Source: Vicugna vicugna (taxonomy: Eukaryota). Taken from it: a stretch of DNA of 64,000 bases. The stretch lies in the NCBI GenBank assembly GCA_013265495.1, contig MU057880.1, forward strand, positions 960,527 to 1,024,526, written 5' to 3'. Each line of letters opens with the position of its first letter. The stretch's first letter is position 1. Positions 52,501-64,000 of this stretch are shown here, piece after piece. The notes beneath the pieces were generated by a model. It saw nothing but the letters and a program-made list of their open reading frames with translations, did no database searches and was not told where the DNA came from. Made by a program: the position numbers and the translations under genes.

Positions 52501-53523
52501 ATGTGGGATTGTAATATACAATACATACTCTTCTGTGACTTTTTCTTTATATTATATTTTATATTATGGTCTTGACGTTGAGCCATGTTGATTGAAGCGA
52601 GGAGTTCACTCATCTTCATTGAGCCCGCGTGTGTATCACATTTTATTTGTCCATCATTTCCATGGTTTCCAGGACCTTGCTCCATAATGTATCCTTGTTT
52701 TCTGTATTTTCAAATTCTTTATATCAGCTCCTTCTGCCTATATATAAACTTGCTTAGTCTCATCCTAAAATTAAATTTACTTTATTCTCTTGATCTTTAG
52801 CTCACCTTTCGCTATTTTCCCATCTGCTTATTTATTACTTATATTTCTTCCTTTTTGAATTTCACAACTTTTATTGTTGTGTTTATAGTTTTATTTATTG
52901 CTTTGAAAGAACAATAAAAAGTTTTAAGCACATGTAAAAATAAATATAAATATATGAAATTTATATAAAAGGTTTTAATCTGTTGTCTGTCATATATCCT
53001 GCAAGTATATTATCCTGGGCTGCCATATGTCTTTTTATTTCACTTACATCTTTCCACTTAATCATAGTTAAAAAAATGTTTGCCAACACATCTATCAGAT
53101 TTTCTAGTTGATACTTTACTAAACAAAATTCATGTGCAAGGTAGAACTATTGTAATTAATTTTTTAAAATGAATACTTATAAAGCAAAAAATAATTATTA
53201 CTAGCATTAAAATTGGAATAATGTTCACTATCAGGAATACATGTGGAATGATTTGTTTTGGAGAGCTAAAATTTAAAGATTATAATTTTAGTAATGAAAT
53301 TTTTAAAAGTCCACCTCTTTAGTAATAAATCCTAATCATTTTTATTTTAATCTGAAATGTACATATGACTGCCTTTTTAAAAGCAAAGGAAAGATTTATT
53401 ATTGTACATGCGTAATACCTGCCACATTTGCTTCTGGTCTCAGTGCATGAATTTTTACTTGCTAATTTACTTATGCAAATATTGATCAATTTTACTTCAT
53501 TACTAAGTTTGGATTACTGAGCA

Positions 53524-53682
53524 TGTAATAACTGTTAATGATTGTTTATTTTGAGGAGGAGGTAAGTAAGTCTATTTATTTTTAATGGAGGTACTGGGGA
53601 TTGAACTCAGGACCTCATGCATGCTAGGCACTCACTCTACCACTGAGCTATACCCTCCCCGCTTTGTAATAACTGTTAATGA
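53524..53682 (-). mobile_element. tRNA-Ala-derived SINE (camelid Vic-1-type) with 18-bp TSD
   Basis: Minus strand gggtatagctcagtggtagag...ttcaatccccagtacctcca (A and B boxes); TSD tgtaataactgttaatga at 53524-53541 and 53665-53682. Confidence 0.9.
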
Positions 53683-54491
53683 ATTCTTTTGAATCCAAAT
53701 TTCATCACTACAAAGGCTACATTGAACCTAATTTGCCCTTTCCTTGATGACTTGGTTTGTCATCAGTGAGGGTACTGTACTGTCATACAAGATGCCCTCT
53801 GGACTTTGTAATGATTTGGGGGCTGTTTCTGTTCCCTATATGGTTCCAAACTAGTGTGTTTTGAATGACTGTTTTTGCTTTTTATAGCACTTCTTGCTCC
53901 TGCTTTACTATCAGATTGATAATTACTACTTCTCACTAAAGTCAACATCTCTAACTTTCCCCTCCTACTATTAATTTGGCACTTATAATCTGCTGTGAGC
54001 TTAGAACTCAAACAAACAAACTTTTGGGAATTTCCTACGAAATGAGAGACAGAGGGAATTTTCATAGGATACCAGATATGCAGTTTACTGAATTGTTATT
54101 TTGGAATTTATTTCTTCATGTTATCTGTGTTTTAAATAGACACATTTACTGGGTAATTGAGTTCTGCATAGGTAGAATGGTGCTAATCACCACAAGCAAA
54201 GCTACTATGGGAAAAATTCTGTGGAATATATTCTGTTGTGATGGGCTTCAGAAATCCCTGCCTCCAAAGTGTTTTTGGGTTCTTTTTGAGATGTTTTACT
54301 TTGGTGAGAGTTTAGAGGCATTAGTTTAGATAATACGGATGCTTAATAAAAAAAATCATGCTAAGAAAATTTGAGGAAATGTGACACAATATTAACAGCC
54401 ATCCTTTGGAAAAAAACCCTAACATCCAAAGTAAACTAGGCAAACCCAGAACAGTCAGTTGCCTCCTGTAGGGAGAGAGACCGCAACTTAC

Positions 54492-54566
54492 AGCCAGTGC
54501 AGTCTCGGCATGTGCTGGCAAAGGGGCTTGTTGGGCAGGCGGGTAAGGACGTTATTCATCAACGCT
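54492..54566 (-). CDS. RXFP1: RXFP1 exon 9 (75-nt LRR), ALMNNVLTRLPNKPLCQHMPRLHWL
   Basis: cag|A...CT|gtaagt; LRR consensus. Confidence 0.95.
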
Positions 54567-55084
54567 CTGAAAAAGAAGAGAAACTGAGGAGAGTCCCATT
54601 TCCCATTTCTTTTCTCAACTTACGTCAAACACGGTTTTATCACAATTCTTACAAAACCGTGAAAATCCACTAAGTTAGTTGTCTTCTCACTTTAATCTTT
54701 TCCTAGAAGCCTTGTCAGATTTCAGTGCATGTTAGTAGTACAATCAGACAAAGTAGCTGTCATGCGGAGAAAACAGTAGGTCAGCAGCTGGAAAGAGGCT
54801 GTGCCCTCCAGTGAGTGGGCCGTCAGAAAGGAGGCGACTTTGAATGACGGCGGTTTTTCTTTACCAAAATTAATATAGGCAGGCTAGTACTGGTGTGCTT
54901 AAGAATATTCCAGTATAATATGTCAGTGAGGCTGTGTTCACTTTTGATGAACTGACATTCTGGAAGACAGAAGATCTTATAAAATGGTTAGAACCACAAA
55001 ATAGCCTCATAGAATATGATTAGAGATGGTTTTTAGCTGAAAGGCCTTTGTAGGGCTTTAATTCCAAATTTAATGCCATTAAAC

Positions 55085-55169
55085 TTAAAGCAGTAATTTT
55101 CTTTTTTTTTAAATTGAAGTACAGTCAGTTACAATGTGTTAATTTCTGGAATATAGCACAATGTCCCAG

Positions 55170-55206
<37 letters not shown>

Positions 55207-55229
55207 TTCGTTTTAAAGCAGTAATTTTC
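55085..55229 (-). mobile_element. Very short L1 3'-terminal insertion with 17-bp TSD and (TA)n(CA)n
   Basis: TSD ttaaagcagtaattttc at 55085-55101 and 55213-55229; tail aactgactgtactt shared with 37033-37046. Confidence 0.88.
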
Positions 55230-55281
55230 ATTCATGTCTTTTCCTTCAAGTGAAATATTTGCTTACATTCTTAATACTTAC

Positions 55282-55353
55282 AGGAGAATAAGAGAATTTA
55301 GTCCATAAAACGTTAGTGGGGAAATTCGATTGAGGGCATTATCTTCGATTATC
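55282..55353 (-). CDS. RXFP1: RXFP1 exon 8 (72-nt LRR), IIEDNALNRISPLTFYGLNSLILL
   Basis: cag|G...CT|gtaagt. Confidence 0.95.
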
Positions 55354-55442
55354 CTGCCGGCCAGAAGAAAAAATTGATTCATTTATATATTTTTTCGAAC
55401 ATAAAAACTAATACTATGAAATGCCACCAAAAATAAACATAC

Positions 55443-55514
55443 AGCCATTCTAGTCTATGGAGATCTTCAAAAACACCTGGCTTCAAGAAGGTTATCCTGT
55501 TATGACTGAGATAC
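55443..55514 (-). CDS. RXFP1: RXFP1 exon 7 (72-nt LRR), YLSHNRITFLKPGVFEDLHRLEWL
   Basis: cag|G...CT|gtatg; followed by an 89-nt intron. Confidence 0.95.
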
Positions 55515-55749
55515 CTGAAAAAAGAGAAATGACTCCAGTAAATCTGTTACCTTCCTAATAGTACAAGGAAAAGAACAATAGTCACCCATCTTCAAGTTTC
55601 TCACATGCTGTTCTCATCAGTCATTTTTCTGCCTTTGGTCTCTAAAAGTTCTTTAGCACTTACCTTTCTGTGTCTAGTTTTTAAATTCCCAGTGATCAAC
55701 CAACCACCCATCAGTCAATCACTCTGTCTATTCATTTATTCATCAAATT

Positions 55750-56195
55750 ATTTTTTTAATCAAAGTATAGTCAATTTACAATGTTGCATCAATTTCTGGT
55801 GACCAGCATCATGTTTTAGTCATACGTACACATACATATATTCCTTTTCATATTCTTTTTCATTATAGGTATTGAATATAGTTCCTTGTGCCATGCAATA
55901 GAAATTTGTTATTCATCTATTTTATATATACTAGTTAGTATCTGCAAATCCTTTACTCCCGGTTTATCCCTTCCCACCCCCCTTCACCCCTGGTAACTGT
56001 AAGTTTGTTTTCTATGTCTGTCTTTCTGTTTCATAATAAGTTCTTTTGTGTCATTTTTTTTTTAGATTTGCATATAAGTGATGTCATATGGTATTTTTCT
56101 TTCTCTGTCTGAGTTACTTCACTTAGATGGACAATCTCCAGGTCCATCCATGTTGATGCAAATGGCATTATTTTATTCTTTTTTATGGCTGAGTT
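55750..56195 (-). mobile_element. L1 3' UTR fragment
   Basis: ORF 56031..56216 (AIKKNKIMPFASTWMDLE) is the L1 ORF2 end. Confidence 0.85.
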
Positions 56196-56599
56196 CAGCA
56201 AGCTGTTTTTGAGCACCTACTGTACAGCACTGTGCTAGGTATCAGATCCCTTTCTTCACAGGACTTTGGGTCTAGAAGAAGACAGCGTGGGAGCAGGTGA
56301 TCACAGAGGGAAAAGAGATCGTATGTAGCAGAGGAGACACCAGGCTCTGCTGGGGGTTGGGGGTGCAGAGCTTGGAGGGGTGAGGAGACAGGAAGTCTTA
56401 ACTAAAGGAGGCTCAGTTGAGAAGAGTCTTGGATGGAGACATGTCACTCACAAAGCCAAGCATGGTTGGAGTGATTCTGCACAGAGGAAGTGGCTTATGC
56501 AAAGGCAAGAAGTGCAAAGGGGAGCAAAATGAGGTAAGAGGTTTACCAGGGGACTTAGTGCAGCTTCACCACAAAGAGGCTGTGAGGAGTGAGAGAAGA

Positions 56600-56920
56600 T
56601 AGTCACGAAAGACCACATTCTGTATGATTTCACTCATATGAACGTCTAGAATGGGCAAATCTATATATAGAGAAAGTAGACTAGTGGCTTCTTAGGCCTA
56701 GGGTAATGGATGGTGGCCAGCGGGGTAAGAGCTGAAGAGTATGAGGGTTTCTTTTTGAGGTGATGAAGAGCTTCTAAAATCAGTAGTTTATAAAACCACA
56801 GTGATAGGTGCACATATTTGTGAATATAGGAAAACCACTGAAGTTTGCACTATAAATGGGTAAATTGTATGGTATGTGAATTGTACCTAAATAAAGTGGG
56901 TTTTTAAAAAATCTTAAAAA
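56600..56920 (+). mobile_element. Old L1 3' end
   Basis: accacattctgtatgatttc...agaaagtagactagtgg...aataaag plus A-rich tail. Confidence 0.75.
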
Positions 56921-57149
56921 GAAAACAGAGAGTCTGTGAGGAGAGATGGGAGACGTGCCGGGGCAGGCAGGGAGATGCTCTGGAGAAAAGGACACTGAAT
57001 GTCTTCCTGGAGACTCTTTCCCCACCTCACTCACCCAACTTCGCCTTTCACTCTTCTGCAGAGCGAGCCAACTCTCTGTTCTATGGGGCTGACGCTGACC
57101 TCCTCTTGTGAGTTTATTTCTATCTCAACTTCTCTAGTGCAGCAACTCG

Positions 57150-57345
57150 CTGCTCTGAGTCTGCTGTCAGACACACTGGTTCCCAGCTTTGCCACTTGTT
57201 AATCATGTGGCCTTAAACAGTCAGCAGCTTCTGAGAGCCTCAGTTTCCCCAAGTCTAAAATGGAAATAATACGAGTACCTAATTTATTGGGCTGTTGAAC
57301 ATTTGAGGCCGTGCACATCATAAGCACTGGGTGCGTCTTATTAGA
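57150..57345 (+). mobile_element. MIR
   Basis: Core gagcctcagtttccccaagtctaaaatggaaataata; similar MIR cores near 2700-2800, 3860-4000, 5350-5470, 21040-21220 and 37560-37750. Confidence 0.8.
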
Positions 57346-57680
57346 GCCATGTCTCTGTTCAACTTCTGACTTCAACTTCTTTCCTCTCCACCTACAATTC
57401 CTATGCAAGTATTCCTTCAAATTCCACTTCCGCTGATACATGGACCACACCAGTTTCACTCTTTTCTCCACCCTGACAGATCTTGGTGCTGACGTCCTGC
57501 AAAATTCCTCCTGCTAGGAATCTCCTCTTCCCGCATCAGGGTGACTTTGCCTGGGGGTGGCAGGGATAGTGCCTCCTATTAGGGCCACTCCCCCCCTTCC
57601 CTTGCACATCCGGAGACCCGGCTCAACACTTCCCCTTGAACACCTCAGGGAGCGGGGGAATTATTGGCGCCGGTACTTAC

Positions 57681-57752
57681 AGCTTGGTGAGACTGGACAG
57701 TCCTCTGAAAGCATGGATGGATATGGATCTAATCTTATTGTTTTGCAGACAC
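57681..57752 (-). CDS. RXFP1: RXFP1 exon 6 (72-nt LRR), CLQNNKIRSISIHAFRGLSSLTKL
   Basis: cag|G...CT|gtaagt. Confidence 0.95.
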
Positions 57753-60274
57753 CTGTGAAAATGATGATTAAAAGGAAAACATAATGAAACCGAGTTTCAG
57801 TTTTGCCAAATGAAGAGTCCTGTGGGTGGACGGTGGTGATGGGAGTGCAAAACTGTGGGTGTCCTTAACGCCCGTGAATGTACATTTAAAAATGGTTAAG
57901 ACTGTATGTTTCAAGTCGCATGTTTTTTGCCACAATTAGAACTTTTTAAAAATGAAAAAGGGTAGCCATAACAAAATAATGTAGCGAAACTGCATGTCAC
58001 TTTGTTTTGCTATTAAGTTAGTGTATGATTAGGCTCGTCTTTATGTAGAAGTTCCTGTTATAAAGGTAAACATATGAGAGCTAAAATTTAATGTTTGAAT
58101 TTTCTACGAGTGAAACTTTAGTTTAGTGCATATTAAGGCATTCACTAATCAAAGAGGCCTAGAGGCTTTGTTTTTCTTTAACTTTTTAACATTTCCTGCT
58201 GTAATTCTACAAACTTGACAGTGCTCGACACAGTGCTAGTAAAACTACAAGTATGTGAGATCATTAGGACTCTAAACCATATTCCATGCTAATCACAGAT
58301 CGGCCAAGTGGACTTGAATTCTATTAATGTGATACCCAAGTCTTAACTCCAAACAGTGTTTGAGGAAACTCATCAGGAAGATAAATGACGAAAGAGAAAA
58401 ACAGAAATAAAAAGAATCCAGACTGGAAGCATATAAATTAGCTTGGAAGGCCAAGCCAGAATGATGCGGGTTCACATAGTTCCCCGAGGTCACGCTGGGT
58501 GTTGGGCCTGGAGTTCACAGCAGGTCAGAGGAAACAGAACCCAGACACCAGCCACTGCATCACACGCACCCATTTAAGCATCGCACACCTGTGCACACCA
58601 GCCGCAGGTTGTGAACAGGACAAGGAGGGGCTTCGAGCCTGATTTCCTCTTCTGATGCAGGTCACCATTGTCCTTTAGGGTTTTCTGAGTTTTTGTATAA
58701 TTTTTCACAGATTTTAGGAGTAATAAAGGATAAGCCCCTATGAAAGAAGTCTCTTAATCAGAAACTGCGACTAAAGGAGAGTCCCTATTTCTCCAACATG
58801 CAAGAAAACCTCACTTTAATTGTAAAATATTATTATTAAGTCTGTCATACACCTAACATGCTGAGGGTCCAATCGTGAAGGAGATAATGCAGCTTTCTCA
58901 CTAAAGCACAGTAAAACTTTCATGGCATTCATTTATACATGAGTTTATACCTGAGTCGTTGTGTTCATTCATTTATTTCTAACTATGGTAATGATCTACT
59001 GAACAATAGACTATATTGCCTGGAGTTTGAGACAAACTACATCTCTAATAACCTATTAGAATTTTTTTTTGTAATTAAGCTATTTTGATCTATTACTTGG
59101 AACAAATTGGTTGTTCAAGAATTAATTCAGTGTTTGTTGTGTGAAAAATGCTAAATGACTGAATTCTGATGTTTAGAGTTGAAGTCCTAACCCCTTTTAA
59201 AGGATGTGGACATAAGGTGGAGCTGCAGCTCAGAAAAGTCCTCTTACTTCCAAAATCAGAAAACAGAAAGAGGAAGTATCTTGAAATTTTTGTATCAGGC
59301 CTGATTTTGAAAAGCTCTTCCCTGTTAGTCCATCAATGTCTACAAAAAAGTTCTGAAAAGTCATTTTATTGGAATTTAATTTTCCAATATGAAACACTTT
59401 TCTGCAGCTCATCTGAGCTTTGAGAACATTTTATCAAAGTGGGTAAGTATTTCTTCTGATTCTACTCTGTTTCTGTTATCCTAAGGAAAAATGTACAGGT
59501 AGATTGTATCCACGTACCAGAGTGCTCTGGTGGTTTTTTGTTTTCGTTTTTTTACAAAACTAAAACCAATATAGACGTGCAAATGAAACCAGAAGTTTTG
59601 AGACATTTTCTAGATAGTGTGGTTCAGGCATTTCAACACAACCGTTTAAGCACATGACAGTATGATTTAGCCACAAAGTTGACCTAAAGAGCAGGTAGCT
59701 GTCACCTGGTCTATTATGGATTCTGCAAGTACATAGATAATCTTAAACTGAAGGGAAGCTGCATGTCAGATAACTACTCAAGGGTGAAATAAAACTCAGC
59801 CAACAAGGCAGAAGTGAAAATGGAATTAAGTCCCCAAAACAACATGCTTGGAGGTTTCAACCCACAAGGACTTGCTCTCTCAGGTAGAGCTTGAATTTGC
59901 AAACATAGGAAAGCTCTTCACTATCTAATCTCGATGGCAGATCTGGTGAAAAGCCGTTACATCTTTCTCTAAGATGCACGGAGGGGCAGCGAGTGACACC
60001 TCCTGAGTATCTTCACCAGGGGGGAGTGTGGTGGGAGGATTCACTGCCCACGTCCTCCAGGTTCTTTGGGGGTAGGTATCTGAGATTTTTCTCAGATGGC
60101 TTTTAGAATTGCTCAGGAAAAAAAAATGTTACCTCGTAGTCTCCAGCTAACAGTGAAATAATCCCCAAAGAGGGATTGGACTTAAACAGTTGATTCTTGC
60201 AGAAGTGGGAAGAAACAGGTATGTCCCCTGCAAAAGTCAGCCAAGTTAATACCAAGAATTAAAATTTTTCTTAC

Positions 60275-60346
60275 AGTTGCTGAAGATCATGGTACTTCTT
60301 GAAGCCATCACGAGGAAGCTTTCTTATTAAGTTCCACTGAAGTGAC
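60275..60346 (-). CDS. RXFP1: RXFP1 exon 5 (72-nt LRR), SLQWNLIRKLPRDGFKKYHDLQQL
   Basis: cag|G...CT|gtaag. Confidence 0.95.
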
Positions 60347-60524
60347 CTGAAATAAATGAGAATTTTGGTTCTTAAAGTTTTTTCTTTACTTTTAAAAACA
60401 GTATGAATAACTGTAAACTTTATTTACTTTAACACCAGCTCTCAGGAAACACTTTGCTTCATGGTGTCACTCTTGTATTCCTAATACCATTTAAAAATTT
60501 TTCTAACAGATTTTGAGAGTTATT

Positions 60525-63500
60525 TTCATTTTATTTATTTAAATTAATTAATTGTATTGAGATATAGTTGATCCACAATATTGTATTAGTTTCAGGTGTA
60601 CAACATAGTGATTCAAAATATTTATGGATTATACTTCATTTATAATTATTATAAAATATTGGCTATATTCCCTGTGATGCAGCTCATTTATTTAATACAT
60701 AGAAATTTGTATCTCTTCCTCCCCTGCCCCTGTCTCATCCTCCCCTCTTCCGTCTTCCCACTAGTAATCTCTAGTTTGGCCTCTATATCTGTGAGTCTCT
60801 TTCTGTTTTGTTATATTTACTAGTTTGTTTTATGTTTTAGATTCCACATGTAAGTGACAACATACAGTATTTGTCTTTCTCTGTCTGACTGACTTCACTG
60901 GCATAATATATTCTAGGTCCACCCGTATTGTTGCAAATGGCATTTTATCCCTTTTATCACTGAGTAGTATTTCATTGTGTGTGTGTGTGTGTGTGTGTGT
61001 GTATTTAAAACATCTTTATCCTTTGATCTGTTGATGGGCACTCGGTTTGCTTTCATGTCTTGGCTATTGTAAATAATGACGCTATGAACAGTGGGGTACA
61101 TGTATGTTTTTGAATTAGTGTTTTCATTTTCTTCAGATATACACCTGGGAGTGGAATTTATGGGTCACATGGTGGTTCTGTTTTTAATTTTTTGAGGAAC
61201 TTCCATACTGTTTTCCACAGTGGCTGTACCAATTTACATTCCCACCAGCAGTGTATGAGGGTTCCCTTTCTCCACAGCCTCACCAACACTTTTAATTTGT
61301 GTCCTTTCTGATGACAGCTATTCTGACAGATGTGAGGTGTACCTCATTGTAATTTTGATTTGCATTTCCCTGATGATGAGTGATGTTGAGCATCTTTTCA
61401 TGTGCCTGTTGGCCATCTGTATGTCTTCTTTGGAAAAATGTCTATTCAGGTTTCTGCCCACTTTTTTAATCATGTTCTTTGTTTTTGTGATATTGAGTTG
61501 TAAGTACTCTTTATATATTCTGTATATTAACCCCTTGTTGGTCATATCATTTGCAAATATTTTCTCCCATTCAGTAGGTTATGTTTTCATTTTGTTGATG
61601 GTTTCCTTTGCTGTGCAAAGGCTTTTAAGTTTAATTAGGCCTCATTTGTGTACTTTTGCTTTTGTTTCCTTTGCCTTAAGTTGCTGATCTGTTGATTTCA
61701 AAAGCATTTTAACACTCCTGCATTTTTCACTGTCCTCCCCCAACAATTGTTTTTGACATCACATTGTACATCTGTTTGTTTTGTGTATCCCTTAACCGCT
61801 AATTGTGGATATAAATAATTTTACTACTTTAATATTTCACTCTTCCCACTAGCTTTGTATGAGGTTGATTTACTACCTTTACTGTATATTTGCATTTACC
61901 AGGTTTTTCCTTTAGTGATTTTCACGTTTCTAGTTGGGTTGTGGCCTTTTCTTTTTTGCTTAGAGAATTTCCTTTAACATTTGTTGTAAAGCTGGCTTGA
62001 TGGTACTGAACTCTTTTGGATTTTGCTTGTCTGTGAAACTTTTGAGCTCTCCTTCAAACGTGGATGAAAGCTTTGCCGGGTACAATAGTCTTGGTTGTAG
62101 GTTTTTCCCTTTGATCACTTTCAATATATACTGTGCCACTCCCTTCTGGCCTGTAGAGTTTCTGTTGAAAAATCAGCTGATAGTCTCATGGGAGTTCCCG
62201 TGAATGTTACTTTTACTTTTCCCTTGGTGCTTTTAATATTCTCTCCTTATCTTTAGTTTTCTCATTTTAATTACAGTGTGACTCTTTGGGTTGATCCTGT
62301 TTGGGACTCTCTGTGCTTCCTGGACCTAGATGTCTTGTTTCCCCCTAACCAGGTTAGGGATGTTTTCAGCTATTATGTCTTCAAATATGTTCTCCACCTC
62401 TCCTTCTGGGACCCCTGTAATGCAAATGTTAGTGCACTTGATGTTGTCCCAGAGGTTTCTTAAAATGTCCTCATTTCTTTTCATTCTTTTTTCTTTCTAC
62501 TGTTCAGCTTGGGTGATTTCCTTTACCCTGTCTTCCAGTTCACTGGTCCATTCCTCTGTATCATTTAGTCTATTGTTGATTTCTTCTAGTGTGTTTTTCA
62601 TTTCAGTTATTGTAGTCTTCAGCTCTGTTTGGTTGTTCTTTATATTTTCTAATTTTTTAAAAACTTCTAATTCTTGCTCTGTGCATCCATTCTCCTCCTG
62701 AGTTCTTTGATCATCTTTACAGTCAGTATCCTGATCTCTTTCTCAGGTAGATTGCCTGTCTCCATTTCACTTAGTTCTTCTGGAGTTTTATCTTGTTCCT
62801 TCATTTGGAACATGTTCCTCTGTCACCTCGTTTTGCCTCATTTTCTGTTTTTATTTCCATGTACCTGGTAGGTTAGTTATGTTTCCCGACCCTGGAGAAG
62901 TGGTCACCAGAGCTGTGTGCTCTAGGGGCTCCCCCTGTGTGGGCTGCGTGGGATCCTGGGTCTAGTGCCTGCCTACTGGTGTGTGGGGCCAGGGTCGTGC
63001 CCAGGGTGGCTGTGGGTGCAGGAAGTCTGAAGGCAGACTCTGCTGGGTGAGGCTGTGTCTCCATACAGTTAGTTGCTTGGCCTGAGACGTCCTAGTCCTG
63101 GAGCCTACAGGGTGATGGGCAGGGGTAGGTCTGGGTCCTGATGCTGATAAACAGAAGGAAGACTCCACAATGGCACTTCCCAGCATCAGTGTCCACATGG
63201 TAGAACAAGCTCCTCAAAACCGCTGCCACCAGCATCTGTGTCCTCAGGGTGAGCTTCAGTTGCCTCCTCCTCTCCTGGAGACTCTCCAAGATGAGCAGGT
63301 GGGTCTGACCCAGGCTCCTTTCAAATTACTGCTTCTGCCCTGGGTCTCGGTGCATGTGAGATTTTGTGTGTGCCCCTTAAGAGTGGAGTGTCTATTTCGC
63401 ACAGCCCTCTGGAACTCCTGAAAGTAAGCCCTGATGGCCTTCAAAGCCAAATGTTCTTGGAGCTTGTCTTCCTGGTACAGGACCCCTGACATGGAGCCCA

Positions 63501-63780
63501 ATGTGGGGCTCAGACCCTCACTCTTTTGGGAGAATCTGCAGTTATAATTATTCTCCTGTTTGTGGGTTGCCCACTTGGGGGTGTAGGTCTTGACTGTATT
63601 GTGACTCTGCCCTTCCTACCTGTCTTCTTGTGGTTACTTCTTTCTGTCTTTAGTTGTAGAAGATCTTTTCTGGTAGGTTCTGTTCTTTTTCATTGCTGGT
63701 TGTTTTGCAGATGGTTGTGATTTAGGTGTGCTTGTGGAAGGGGGTGAGCTCAGGGTGTCTCTACTCTGCCATCTTGAGAA
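60525..63780 (-). mobile_element. L1 with 5' UTR, ORF1 and 3' end but most of ORF2 missing (HAL1-like)
   Basis: 5' end caagatggcagagtagag near 63777; ORF1 relics about 61950-62830; junction near 61678 to ORF2 C-terminus (ORF 61318..61545: [24 protein letters not shown]). Confidence 0.85.
60976..61002. repeat. (TG)n microsatellite within L1 3' end
   Basis: Direct reading. Confidence 0.95.
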
Positions 63781-64000
63781 CTCCTTCACAGTTCCATTTG
63801 GACTAAGTCTAACTATTGATCTTGTATTATTAGAGTTATTTATCTTTTCTTAAATTTAACTTAGAACATGGTTTAATTCTGACAACAAAGACATAATAAA
63901 ACTGGGAAAAAAATTTTTCAGTTGTGTTCTCCCTTTCTGTTTTTATTTAACAAACAGAAAGCATCTCAGTTTTTGAGTGACAATAAAAATAGTGTTTTCT

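Noticed and set aside
53585..53660. tRNA-Ala gene
   Set aside because: Has a TSD, a SINE-specific tail and substitutions in the tRNA body; it is a SINE.

Overview
Mammalian genomic DNA, most likely a camelid: it carries a tRNA-Ala-derived Vic-1-type SINE and young L1 3' ends. The window is orthologous to the human 4q32 ETFDH / C4orf46 / RXFP1 locus. It contains ETFDH coding exons 1-6 (minus strand, gene continues off the left edge), the complete two-exon C4orf46 CDS (plus strand, 113 aa) sharing a CpG-island bidirectional promoter with ETFDH, and RXFP1 exons 5-18 (minus strand, LRR ectodomain + 7TM + C-tail; exons 1-4 lie beyond the right edge). All exons were placed by reading GT-AG boundaries and frame; exon numbers follow my recollection of the human genes. 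The rest is mostly L1 relics, a two-LTR ERV1-like element, solo LTRs, MIR/L2, hAT MITEs, microsatellites and an 87-nt N gap. I found no prokaryote-type novel system. The best leads are: a TSD-flanked polyadenylated insertion whose body is antisense L1 (orphan retrocopy or transduction); an ORF2-deleted HAL1-like L1; sharply localised GC3 spikes (possible gBGC), one coinciding with amino-acid changes in RXFP1 TM2-ECL1-TM3; a Val-to-Ala change at a proposed relaxin-contact residue; a near-consensus PPRE in ETFDH intron 1; and a strong-Kozak uORF in the ETFDH leader. Repeat family names and repeat boundaries without a TSD are approximate.
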